A DNA stretch of 64,000 nucleotides from Octopus sinensis (Eukaryota): the NCBI RefSeq assembly GCF_006345805.1, contig NC_043012.1, forward strand, positions 16,244,001 through 16,308,000, written 5' to 3'. The translations under genes and the position numbers were made by a program. The notes under the pieces are model-generated. The model did not search any database. It was not told the origin of the DNA and saw nothing but the letters and a program-made list of their open reading frames with translations. Below are positions 1 to 13,189 of the stretch, in pieces (position 1 is the stretch's first letter; each line of letters starts with the position of its first letter).

Positions 1-158
1 GTTTATGTCCAGGTAACTTAGTGGTTCATCAAAAAGAGTCCGATATAATAAATACTAAACTTACAGTCCTGGGATCGATTTGTTCGACTAAAGGCGGTGC
101 TCCAGCACGGTCGCAGTCAAATGACTGAAACAAGTAATAGAATAAAAGAATAAAAGAA
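1..158 (+). mobile_element. 3' part of tRNA-derived SINE (octopus OR-type family)
   Basis: Ends GGCGGTGCTCCAGCACGGTCGCAGTCAAATGACTGAAACAAGTAATAGAATAAAAGAA, the same 3' end as the full copies at 19101-19523 and 26601-27006. Confidence 0.8.
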
Positions 159-159
159 T

Positions 160-190
160 ATATAATATATGAATATGTCTGTTACACATT

Positions 191-238
<48 letters not shown>

Positions 239-321
239 ATATATGTATGTATATATATATATATATTTGTGTGTATGTATATATGCCCAGATTCCCACAG
301 TTATGATATATGTATATATAT

Positions 322-355
<34 letters not shown>

Positions 356-457
356 ATATATATATGTACCCCTATCTATATATAGATAGATACATATAGA
401 CAGATACATACACATATAGACAGATACATACACAGATGCATACATATACTTGTATAT

Positions 458-508
<51 letters not shown>

Positions 509-510
509 AT
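160..510. repeat. (TA)n-rich compound microsatellite
   Basis: Direct reading; source of the spurious YIYI ORF 227..445. Confidence 0.95.
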
Positions 511-869
511 TCGTGTTCAGCAGGTAATCACTGACATTTTCTTTTTTACATTCAAGGAGTTTTCTAATTCAATATATTATACGCTTTATTTATGATTTTA
601 TCCGTTTTGGGAAGCTCCGATAAATTATTTATTTCACTTTTCCAATCTTCTTCATAATGTAAATGGATTTTGTTGCTTGTAAGAATGACACTTCTAGTCG
701 GAAGTAAGATACATCAAAAGTTATTCTGGTTTAATAGTTTTCACGTCTGTGATTGTCACGGAAGGCATCAGTTCAATTCTTGCTTTTAGATTTCAAACTT
801 ACTTTGGATTTGAAGTAGGAATTTCTTTTAACACAACATATTTACATGCAATGATTTATAACTATATCT

Positions 870-1143
870 ACTTAGACAGTTGAGGTTGTTAGATTTTTAC
901 ACTTAAAAATGCCTGGCCATTTAGAGAAAATGTCAACAACCACTAAGCAGTATGACCCATTTAAGGGACCAGCGAAATCACTGTGTAATTTCGACCGGGA
1001 ACATCTACTTTTGACCAAGTTTCACTTTTGATCTTCGATAACTGTGCCGCTAGAGCACATCCTCTACAGCCTTTCATTAAATTTTCGATTTCTTTGTCCA
1101 TTTTTGTCCAGTACTCGGAGCTACGCCCTAAAGCTTTCGTCAT
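870..1143 (-). pseudogene. Ty3/Gypsy integrase fragment (H2C2 region plus first D of DDE)
   Basis: KALGRSSEYWTKMDKEIENLMKGCRGCALAA...W, then after a break GSYCLVVVDIFSKWPGIFKCK; this matches the Gypsy integrase pattern by recognition. Confidence 0.8.
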
Positions 1144-1970
1144 CGAAATACCAGGATGTCCAACAGGAAATGTCCAACATGAAATGTAATGGTGTCGACC
1201 ATACTTTCAATCTCTACCTCTGCAGATTGTGCCACCATATCGAGACTTTGTCCTTGCCAGTTCCTGTGGGGTGTCCTGGTGGCCTGTAGGACCACCACCT
1301 TCTCCTCCATGCCTAACAGTATGCCAGCCACCAGCCAGGTTACATCCACTTCTGGGGTTATTTCCTCTAACCTAACCTTGGAAGCACTCCTCCCAATGTA
1401 TACGGGTAGAAGCACCACTTCGTCCGTTTTCAATGATGTTGCCGAGTGCAGACTGGCGTTAGCTACCTCTCGGAACTGCACCTCCACTGTTCCAAACTTT
1501 TTTCCTCTGGCAAGGCAGGACATTACTTGCCAGACTGGCCTCAACGCCTTTTCAGCTTGTGCCTCCGACACCACTACTATTTTCTTTGTTGCCACCGCGT
1601 ATGTTCTCTAAATAAACGATCTTTCTTCCTTAACCTTTAACACTTCTTTCGGGTGGGGAACACCTTCACGTCGTTCCCCTCCCTTTTAAGTATTTCTTTA
1701 AACTTGCTCAGCTCTTCCAGACTTATGTCCTCAACTTTTCCTTTACCGCTGCAGCATAATCCCTCATTTCCACCATTGCGTCAATCTTCTTTAAACATTT
1801 CACCAATTCTTCATCAGACGACATAAAGTCTGAAGAAGAACTCAAATTTCCGTAATTCATTATTCAACACCCCTCCATTAAACAAGAGGGAAAACGTCGC
1901 ACCGCCAAGACAACCAAAATAACGTGTATTACATTCAAAATCCACAACCCAACTAACAAACGCTATACCG
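1140..1970 (-). mobile_element. 3'-truncated Tx1-family element (5'UTR plus N-terminal ORF1)
   Basis: ORF 1140..1595 RGKKFGTVEVQF...LLPVYIGRSASKVRLEEITPEVDVTWLVAGILLGMEEKVVVLQAT aligns with the ORF1s at 17-18, 30 and 36-46 kb. N-terminus MSSDEE near 1822. Cut off at the Gypsy fragment. Confidence 0.8.
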
Positions 1971-2539
1971 GAAGCAAGCATCTTACCACACGGCCGCAGC
2001 GGCTGACTTCTTTTTCCTACCATTTTTAAAATGTCGACAATAAGAAATAGGTCTAATAAAATGGTATATTCAACGGTTTGCAATGGACTAAAATTTATAA
2101 GATTCTCATGTCGATAATTTTTATGGGAAAAGACATAATTCAGTATGTAATCTGGTTTCGATCCCGTGCTCATATGGCACTTTATAACATTCATATCACT
2201 GTGAAAGAAATGAGTGTTTCAACATTACTTAAGTTTGAGATTTCAAACTATATTAAGAATTTTTTTAAGAGTACCCTCGACAACAATTTAATACAACCAT
2301 CAATTAAAACATTATAATCCGAGAAAATATTCTTTGCGACATATCTACTTAAAACTAACGTTGACGTCCACTTGCTCATATTTCTGGACGTCCAGTGTTT
2401 AACGATAAGTTGAAAACCAACTGGAAAAGGCTTTACTTTAGCTTAAGTCCCCAATTTCATGGTCCGCTGATTAATACATTAGCCACACTGATTTTCCTAT
2501 CTCATCCATTCCATATAAATTACCAAAGAGGTTTCGAAG

Positions 2540-2648
2540 GAATGAATGTGTGTGTGTGTGTGTGTCTGCGTGCCTGCGTGTGCATGTGTGTGTGTTCGTA
2601 TACATACATGCATACAAATATGTCTATACATACATTCATATATGTATG

Positions 2649-2683
<35 letters not shown>

Positions 2684-3180
2684 GTGTGTGAGTGTGTCTA
2701 TCGATCTATCTTTCTGTCTACCTAAATATATACACACTGACATACATGTGTGTGTGTGTGTGTGCGTGTGTGTGTGTGCGTGTGTGTATATACATGTTCG
2801 CGTATGTGTGTCTGTCTATAAGTATGTATGCATGTATGTATGTATGTATGTATGTATGTATGTATGTATGTATGTATGTATGTATGTATGTATGTATGTA
2901 TGTATGTATGTATGCATGCATGCATGCATGTATGTATGTATGTATGTATGTATGCATGTATGTATGTATGTAAGTATATACGTACATATAGCTGACATAT
3001 AAGATCAATCATAAATGCTTCAAAACTTACCGTTAATGTTGGAGTATGTTGTTTCATTTCGTTGTATTGCATTACTAAATCCTCTCTCTTTCTCTCACTC
3101 ACTCTCTCTTTCTCCCTCTTTCTCTCTCTCTTTCTCTCTTTCTCTCTCTCTCTCTTTCTCTCTCTCACCCGCTTTCTTTC
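2540..3180. repeat. Compound (GT)n/(TATG)n/(CT)n microsatellite block
   Basis: Direct reading. Confidence 0.95.
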
Positions 3181-3497
3181 AAACGTTCCTGTCATAAAAC
3201 CACCGAGTTATCTTAAGTTTATAAACATCGGTAGATAAGGGACTCTAAGTCATAATGCACCGATTACTAAATATTCCGGACTCTCATTCATATCGGAATT
3301 AATTCGTCGAAGGTACTTTAGATAATAAAAGTCAGTGTGGGCAAAAGGAGCGGGGGAAGAAGAGAAGGGAATGGATCTCCGTTGGTCTAAGCGATGACTT
3401 TTCAGTTGTTGATCAACTCGATTTTCTGCTCATTGAAAATAACATGTAATGAGTCTACGTTCGTTGTAATCATATATATACATACATACATACACAC

Positions 3498-3658
<161 letters not shown>

Positions 3659-4789
3659 TATATATATTATAGATATGTATATACGCTTTTGCATTTCGGT
3701 TTTGATGACAATTGTTTGCGACTGCTACCCACGGCATTCAATGCAGCTGAGTTTTGGCGTCTCACTTCAGGGAAAGTTAAAAGGTTACCTGTAATTTGGG
3801 TCTCAGCCATAAACCAGCATGTCTTGGAATATTTACACTTACATCCCCGAAACAATTTTCAGAATTTACCATTAAAAAATGACATTTGAAAGCATCGCGT
3901 TTCTTTTGCGTTCAGTATAAATTCTGTGGTTTTAAAATCATGGAAGTTGGTTAGACTCAACTTAGACTTAATTGAACAAATAATTGATCAAAGATACTTT
4001 AACCGGCCAGATAAATCGATTTAAAATACTTAAAACTTTTAAATCTACAAAAAATAAAAACTATAACACGCACGAAATTTATGTATCATGTAAATAATGC
4101 TATAAAACATTGTAATAATGCACATATTATGTGGAGAATACCAATTACATAAGCTCAACATTTAAATCTAAAAGGGAATCCCATATAATAGGGAAATATG
4201 TATATACATGAGTGTGCACGCGTGTGTGTGTGGCGTGTATATGTGTGTGAGTGTGTGTGTGTGTGTATCTGTGTGCGTGCGTATGTGTCTGTGTACGTGT
4301 GTCTGTGTGCGTGCGTGTGTCCGTGTGCATGTGTTTGTATGTGTGCATGTGTGTGACGCTAGGAGGTTATTGAAGTGAGATTTAATTGTTTGATGTAGCA
4401 CCTTTGAGCGAACATACGGATACACCTTCGCTGATTAATATCTTTACAGAACACAACTCACAACGTCCGGTTGCTGTCCACTCCAAATACTGTCGGGTCA
4501 AGCAAACAATCCCTTTGTCTCTTTTTACTTCCTATTGGAACACTAAAGTTTGTTCTTCATAATAAATTCCTTCGATATTTCACTAACTCGTCTTTTTGAT
4601 TTATAGTTTCCGTAACATACAATTATTAATTTTATTCGTTTACCGGTTTCACTCATTGAAATTCAGCCTTGTTGCGGGTATTCCATTCGTAGATTTTACC
4701 TCATGTGTTTATTTTATCTCCATTTGTCAAAACTGACGATTGCTCGAAAGCCTTCATGTGCAAACTAGAAATTTGAAACAAAGAAGTCA

Positions 4790-5260
4790 ATATTAAAAAT
4801 TTTGCAATATTTGAGAAACTGTCATCAATTATCGCTGCTGGAAATGAAGACCAAATGTTACTGCAGTTTGCTGAAAATGGAATTTTGCAGCATTTGAGAG
4901 CATTGAAGAATGAATTAAGCCTTTATTTTCCAGAAGTCTCTCGTGAGTATTTGGATATAATGCAAAATCCATTCATATTGTCAGTTGCAACAACTCCTGA
5001 TGATTGTCAAGATGAATTCTTGAGCCATTCATGTTTGATTCCTATCCCAATATAGCAGAGAGTGCCACATGTGCAATACTTCAACGTAGAAATCAATATT
5101 TTCAACTTTGTCAGCTGAGTTTGTGCTGATGTTTTCAGTAGTCTGAAGAACTGAGCCATTATGTTGTCATAAATATTTTGCTATCGTGAGAACAGCAACG
5201 GATTATTCCATTTTTTTTTTTGTTCAGGAATTCACTCGGATCGCGTGAAACATGTACTTA
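4790..5260 (+). pseudogene. hAT (Buster/Charlie-like) transposase C-terminal remnant, unit 1
   Basis: LQHLRALKNELSLYFPEVSREYLDIMQNPFILSVATTPDDCQDEFL and a downstream YLC motif, resembling the hAT dimerisation region. Confidence 0.7.
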
Positions 5261-5494
5261 TGCGCGGCTGACGTCTGCCATAGGAAGTAACTCTTCTTTC
5301 TTTCCCAGAAAACGTTATAACTTTGAAAGCACTTTCTGTTGTACTCTTAATTATCAAGTCACCTTCGGCATGAAAAAGATTATGCACTGCCAGCCAATTC
5401 ATATGTTTACATGCATGAATGCATGAATACATGCTCAGCCACCCAACACGAACTCACACACACACACACACACACACAGATAGATAGATTGTTT

Positions 5495-5577
<83 letters not shown>

Positions 5578-6071
5578 GGACGGACGGACGGATGGATGGA
5601 TAGATAGATTCATTTTTATGTATGTGTGCGTGTGTAAAAAAACCCGCATATATATATATATATATATATATTGCAAAGAGAACTTATTATTATGCTTGCA
5701 ACCTTTGGACAGATATGGCATTTTTCTTTTTTCCAGTATAATTAGTGAAATAAAATTATTTTACAAGATATCTTATGAAGATATTCTCTGGCCAACATTT
5801 GTATAATTCTCAGATTTACTCTACGTATGTCACAGCAGGCAATGGTTATGTGAATCTATCGACGATGCAGCATTGAATCGCTATACATTTTTATAATAAT
5901 CATACAATATCCTTATATGGTATGGACTCTACATTTACCATATCAAATTATGGTGATATTAATTTATCGATGCTACAATAACGAATTGCCTGCAATCAAA
6001 CCAATAACAGCTTCACTACAATCAAATCCTACATAAACAAGTATATAGTCCAAAACTATGATTATACACAG

Positions 6072-6108
<37 letters not shown>

Positions 6109-7214
6109 CGCTTTTGCATTTCGGTTTTGATGACAATTGTTTGCGACTGCTACCCACGGCATTCAATGCAGCTGAGTTTTGGCGTCTCACTTCAGGGAAA
6201 GTTAAAAGGTTACCTGTAATTTGGGTCTCAGCCATAAACCAGCATGTCTTGGAATATTTACACTTACATCCCCGAAACAAATTTTCAGAATTTACCATTA
6301 AAAAATGACATTTGAAAGCATCGCGTTTCTTTTGCGGTTCAGTATAAATTCTGTGGTTTTAAAATCATGGAAGTTGGTTAGACTCAACTTAGACTTAATT
6401 GAACAAATAATTGATCAAAGATACTTTAACCGGCCAGATAAATCGATTTAAAATACTTAAAACTTTTAAATCTACAAAAAATAAAAACTATAACACGCAC
6501 GAAATTTATGTATCATGTAAATAATGCTATAAAACATTGTAATAATGCACATATTATGTGGAGAATACCAATTACATAAGCTCAACATTTAAATCTAAAA
6601 GGGAACCCCTTTATAATAGAGAAATATGTATATACATGAGTGTGCACGTGTGTGCGTAGGTGGCGTGTATATGTGTGCGTGTTTGTGTATGTGTCTGTGT
6701 ATCTGTGTGCGTGCGTGTCTATCTGTGTACGTGTGTCTGTGTGCCTGCGTATGTCCGTGAGCATATGTCTGTATTTGTGTATGTGTGTGACGCGAGGATG
6801 TTATTGAAGTGAGATTTAATTGTTTGATGTAGCACCTTTGAGCGAACACCTTCGCTGATTAATATCTTTACAGAACACAACTCACAACGTCCGGTTGCTG
6901 TCCACTCCAAATACTGTCGGGTCAAGCAAACAATCCCTTTGTCTCTTTTTACTTCCTATTGGAACACTAAAGTTTGTTCTTCATAATAAATTCCTTCGAT
7001 ATTTCACTAACTCGTCTTTTTGATTTATAGTTTCCGTAACATACAATTATTAATTTTATTCGTTTACCGGTTTCACTCATTGAAATTCAGCCTTGTTGCG
7101 GGTATTCCATTCGTAGATTTTACCTCATGTGTTTATTTTATCTCCATTTGTCAAAACTGACGATTGCTCGAAAGCCTTCATGTGCAAACTAGAAATTGAA
7201 ACAAAGAAGTCAAT

Positions 7215-7700
7215 ATAAAAATTTTGCAATATTTGAGAAACTGTCATCAATTATCGCTGCTGGAAATGAAGACCAAATGTTACTGCAGTTTGCTGCTGAA
7301 AATGGAATTTTGCAGCATTTGAGAGCATTGAAGAATGAATTAAGCCTTTATTTTCCAGAAGTCTCTCGTGAGTATTTGGATATAATGCAAAATCCATTCA
7401 TATTGTCAGTTGCAACAACTCCTGATGATTGTCAAGATGAATTCTTGAGCCATTCATGTTTGATTCCTATCCCAATATAGCAGAGAGTGCCACATGTGCA
7501 ATACTTCAACGTAGAAATCAATATTTTCAACTTTGTCAGCTGAGTTTGTGCTGATGTTTTCAGTAGTCTGAAGAACTGAGCCATTATGTTGTCATAAATA
7601 TTTTGCTATCGTGAGAACAGCAACGGATTATTCCATTTTTTTTTTGTTCAGGAATTCACTCGGATCGCGTGAAACATGTACTTATGCGCGGCTGACGTCT
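7215..7700 (+). pseudogene. hAT transposase remnant, unit 2
   Basis: Same peptide as unit 1 (ORF 7196..7480). Confidence 0.7.
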
Positions 7701-7947
7701 GCCAGAAGTAGAAGTAACTCTTCTTTCTTTCCCAGAAAACGTTATAACTTTAACTTTGAAAGCACTTTCTGTTGTACTCTTAATTATCAAGTCACCTTCG
7801 GCATGAAAAAGATTATGCACTGCCAGCCATTCATATGTTTACATGCATGAATGCATGAATACATGCTCAGCCACCCAACACGAACTCACACAACACACAC
7901 ACACACACACACAACACACACAGATAGATAGATTGTTTGATAGATAG

Positions 7948-8021
<74 letters not shown>

Positions 8022-8086
8022 GGACGGACGGACGGATGGATGGATAGATAGATTCATTTTTATGTATGTGTGCGTGTGTAAAAAAA

Positions 8087-8117
<31 letters not shown>

Positions 8118-9659
8118 TGCAAAGAGAACTTATTATTATGCTTGCAACCTTTGGACAGATATGGCATTTTTCTTTTTTCCAGTATAATTAGTGAAATAAA
8201 ATTATTTAACAAGATATCTTATGAAGATATTCTCTGGCCAACATTTGTATAATTCTCAGATTTACTCTACGTATGTCACAGCAGGCAATGGTTATGTGAA
8301 TCTATCGACGATGCAGCATTGAATCGCTATACATTTTTATAATAATCATACAATATCCTTATATGGTATGGACTCTACATTTACCATATCAAATTATGGT
8401 GATATTATTTATCGATGCTACAATAACGAATTGCCTGCAATCAAACAATAACAGCTTCACTACAATCAAATCCTACATAAACAAGTATATAGTCCAAAAC
8501 TATGATTATACACAGTTATATATATATATATATATTATATATATATGTATATACGCTTTTGCATTTCGGTTTTGATGACAATTGTTTGCGACTGCTACCC
8601 ACGGCATTCAATGCAGCTGAGTTTTGGCGTCTCACTTCAGGGAAAGTTAAAAGGTTACCTGTAATTTGGGTCTCAGCCATAAACCAGCATGTCTTGGAAT
8701 ATTTACACTTACATCCCCGAAACAAATTTTCAGAATTACCATTAAAAAATGACATTTGAAAGCATCGCGTTTCTTTTGCGTTCAGTATAAATTCTGTGGT
8801 TTTAAAATCATGGAAGTTGGTTAGACTCAACTTAGACTTAATTGAACAAATAATTGATCAAAGATACTTTAACCGCCAGATAAATCGATTTAAAATACTT
8901 AAAACTTTTAAATCTACAAAAAATAAAAACTATAACACGCACGAAATTTATGTATCATGTAAATAATGCTATAAAACATTGTAATAATGCACATATTATG
9001 TGGAGAATACCAATTACATAAGCTCAACATTTAAATCTAAAAGGGAATCCCATATAATAGGGAAAGGGAAAATATGTATATACATGAGTGTGCACGCGTG
9101 TGTGTGTGGCGTGTATATGTGTGTGAGTGTTGTGTGTGTGTATCTGTGTGCGTGCGTATGTGTCTGTGTACGTGTGTCTGTGTGCGTGCGTGTGTCCGTG
9201 TGCATGTGTTGTATGTGTGCATGTGTGTGACGCTAGGAGTTATTGAAGTGAGATTAATTGTTTGATGTAGCACCTTTGAGCGAACATACGGATACACCTT
9301 CGCTGATTAATATCTTTACAGAACACAACTCACAACGTCCGTTGCTGTCCACTCCAAATACTGTCGGGTCAAGCAAACAATCCCTTTGTCTCTTTTTACT
9401 TTCTATTGGAACACTAAAGTTTACTCTTCATAATAAATTCCTTCGATATTTCACTAACTCGTCTTTTTGATTTATAGTTTCCGTAACATACACTTATTAG
9501 CTTTATTCGTTTACTGGTTTCACTCATTGAAATTCAGCCTTGTTGGGGATATTCCATTCGTATATTTTATCTCATGTATTTATTTTATCTCCATTTGTCA
9601 AAACTGACGATTACTCGAAAGCCTTCATGTGCAAACTAGAAATTTGAAACAAAAAAGTC

Positions 9660-10170
9660 AATATTAAAAATTTTGCAATATCTGAGAAACTGTCATCAAT
9701 TATCGCTGCTGGTAATGAAGACCAAATGTTACTGCAATTTGCTGGAATTATGCAGCATTTGAGAGCATTGAAGAATGAATTAAGCCTATATTTTCCAGAA
9801 GTCTCTTGTGAGTAGTTGGATATAGTGCAAAATCCATTCATATTGTCAGTTGCAACAGCTCCTGGTGATTGCCAAGATGAATTCTGGAGTTACAATCTGA
9901 TTCGGGAGCCATTCATGTTCGATTCCTATTCCAATATAGTAGAAAGTGCTACCTGTGCAATACGTCAACGTAGAAATCTAGATTTTCGACTTTGTCAGCT
10001 GAGTTTGTGCTGATGTTTTCTATAGTCTGAAGACGGGAGACCATTATGTTGTCATAAATATTTTGCTATCGTGAGAACAGCAACGAATTATTTCATCTTT
10101 TTTTTTTTTTGTTCAGGAAGTCACTCGGATCTCGTGAAACATGTACTTATGCGCGGTTGACACCTGCCAT
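9660..10170 (+). pseudogene. hAT transposase remnant, unit 3 (diverged copy)
   Basis: NPFILSVATAPGDCQDEF, then frameshifted ELQSDSGAIH. Retains a segment deleted in units 1 and 2. Confidence 0.7.
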
Positions 10171-10366
10171 AGGAAGTAACTCTTCTTTCTTTCCCAGAAA
10201 ATGTTGTAACTTTAATAGCACTTTCTGTTGCACTCTTTATTATCAAGTCACCTTCAGCATGAAAAAGATTATGCACCGCCACCCAATTCATATATTTACA
10301 TGCATGAATGCATCAATACATGCTCAACCACCCAACACGAACTCACGCACACACACACAGGCAGAC

Positions 10367-10466
<100 letters not shown>

Positions 10467-10504
10467 TCATTTTTTGTATATGTGCGTGTGTAAAAAAACC
10501 CGCA

Positions 10505-10543
<39 letters not shown>

Positions 10544-11754
10544 CAAAGCGAACTTATTATTATGCTTGCAACCTTTGGACAGATATGGCGTTTTTCTTTT
10601 TTCCAGTATAATTAGTGAAATAAAATTATTTTACAAGATATCTTGTGAAGATATTCTCTGGCCAACATTTATATAATTCTCAGATTTACTCTACGTATGT
10701 CACACCAGGCAATGGTTATGTGAATCTATCGACGGTGCAGCATTGAATCGCTATACATTTTTATAATAATCATACTATATCCTTACCTGGTGTGGACTCT
10801 ATCAAAATACGGTGATATGAATTTATCGATGCTACAATAACGAATTGACTGCAATCAAACCAATAACAACTTCACTACAGTCAAATCATACATAAATAAG
10901 TATATAGTCCAAAACTATGAGTATACACATAGTTATGGTGTGGCTCGATATAACAAAGCTTATTTGCAATCAACCTGTATTATCAGGTGAATCATCTAAA
11001 TCAGGTGATTCTCCTGGACCAGTGTAACTTTACCACGGCAGAAGCCTCGATGGAACGATGAGGCATGGATATGTGGCCTGGATTTTAGTCATATTGCTCT
11101 TCCGCTAGTCGAAATATCTCATCTACGTTCACCATAATTACAGATCATAGCAGTATTTCACTAACTGAATTCATTGATCCTGGCCGTTGATAGTTTGTTG
11201 TCTCTTCATTCGGTCAATTTGCCGGAATATTTTACATTCACCCACCATGCTGAACACCAAATTTTAACGTACCCTAATTCGGGTGGTTATATGCTCCTGT
11301 CAGGCTCCCGATAACTTGGAGCCTGACAAGTGCTATTGATGCGGGTCAGAGTAGACCTGGGAAAAATAGTGGTTAAGAGGTGGTATTACAATCCTCAATA
11401 CCCCGGAACAAATGTATATATAATAGATTATACAGTGGATATTACTGTATGAATTATAAATGATTCAGTAGTTTTTTAACACCTTCATTGTGAAGTATTA
11501 ACTTAGCGATTCGACAGACTTAGCGAAATTAATCCCAACAGAGATTATATAGAACGTTCGGTCAACTCTAGTTGTATATTTCGCTGGCAGATGGAAATGT
11601 GATTTAACTGAAGCACAGCAGAATACAGTTCTTTGGTTTCAAGTTAGTTCTGAACTAGTTAAATCTGTAAGCAACGACGGTCCACTCATGACCTTACATT
11701 ATTATATGTAGAGTCAAACTTTGAAGATGGCAGGATACGTTTTAAAGGAAATGT

Positions 11755-11982
11755 GGCTTCTATTTCATTGGTTTCAAATTTTGTCACAAAGTCACCAGGT
11801 TTGCTGGAAGAGCTAAGTCAATTGCATCGACCCCAGTGTTTAACTGGTACATATTTTATCGACTTCGAAATGACGAAAGGCAAAATCGACATCGGCGAAA
11901 TTTGAACCTCAGAACGTGCAAACAGATGAAATGCCGCTAAGTATTTTGTCAAGTATGCTAATGATTCTGCCAGCTTGCCGCC
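11755..11982 (-). mobile_element. Degenerate tRNA-derived SINE (GGCGGCGAGCTGGCAG-head family)
   Basis: Reverse complement of head GGCGGCAAGCTGGCAGAATC and of the body matches the copies at 22168 and 32101. Confidence 0.7.
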
Positions 11983-12417
11983 ATGTTTGCAATACATTAA
12001 CGATTATGAACTATATGAAAAAATGTAGTATAAATTAGGAAGAATGTACGTCTGACAATTTAATATTATGTTCAACTATGACCCAAGCTTAGATCCAAGC
12101 TCCTCATATACTAGACTTTTTATTTTAGATTAAAATACAAACAGCAATAAGTCTATTTTCATGTAAACATTCTAGTGTGAGGGAGGTAATTACACATTTC
12201 AAAGTTATCTCCCGTGGGATTTTTGTTTACTTGTGATTTTGCAATTCTTACTACATTCGTTCTATTTATTTAGCATTAATTTGAAATGACTGCAACAAGT
12301 TACATTAGATACTGTAAATACTTTTGAAACAGAATTTGAGAATTGTGATGTTTACAGAAGGTTCTGTAAAAACTTTTCTGTTAATGTCCCTCTACAAATA
12401 ATATTTCAAATTAATTC

Positions 12418-12520
12418 GGGCGGCGAGCTGGCCGAATCGTTAGCACGCTGGCCATAATGCTTAGAGGCATTTCGACTGACTTTACGTTCTTATTTCAAAT
12501 ATCACCGCGGTTAACTTGAG
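12418..12520 (+). mobile_element. SINE head fragment
   Basis: GGGCGGCGAGCTGGCCGAATCGTTAGCACGC... Confidence 0.65.
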
Positions 12521-12775
12521 CCCCTAGATAGTTAGGTCCTTAGGTAACTGCCCAGAGAATCCATTCCTTAGATGGTCCTGCTTATTATTATATAATTAGT
12601 TTTAATAGTATGAATAAAGTGGGATTATAAATATATAACTTACATCAGGTGATGAAAATATACATTTGTGTCAAAAGCGTGATGCAGAAATCTAAACAGT
12701 ATGAAACTAAGACATTATTAACAAAACACTAATTTTGAATGTGCTTACATTTAAGAAATAATCCGTGATTATATA

Positions 12776-12942
12776 TATTTCTTTACTACCCACAAGGGGC
12801 TAAACATAGAGGGGACAAACAAGGGCAGACAAACGGATTAAGTCGATTACATCGACCCAGTGCGAAACTGGTACTTTAGGATGAAAGGCAAAGTCGACCT
12901 CGGCGGAATTTGAACTCAGAACGTAACGACAGACGAAATACC
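12776..12942 (-). mobile_element. 3' part of SINE interrupted by the Tx1 element
   Basis: Reverse complement GTATTTCGTCTGTCGTTACGTTCTGAGTTCAAATTCC...TTTAGCCCCTTGTGGGTAGTAAAG continues the head at 18289-18352. Confidence 0.9.
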
Positions 12943-13189
12943 AATTTCTTTATTGCCCACCGGGGGCCAAACATAGATATGGACAGTACAACTGATGGGA
13001 TCAGTGAATCGATATGATTTTACATAAATGTGACATCAAAAATAAAATACAATACATAAAAATCGAATGGAATACACAGTACAAAAACAATACAAATGAA
13101 GCGATGATCAAGTTACGCTCCGATCCCACAAGCCCCGATCTACCGCTGATACCTTTTTATTTTTCCTTTTTTTTTTTTTCCTCGTCTAT

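Noticed and set aside
3690-3890. Stop-free frames repeated in each array unit (e.g. FRGCKCKYSKTCWF..., [12 protein letters not shown]...), considered as a host exon
   Set aside because: No recognisable family motif; frames shift between units; no convincing splice-site pair.
5720-6070. Polypyrimidine-CAG followed by sequence with N-glycosylation-like motifs and ILWPTF, considered as a Cys-loop or chemotactile receptor exon
   Set aside because: Every frame has stops in all three units and no Cys-loop signature follows. A tBLASTx or HMM search could revisit it.
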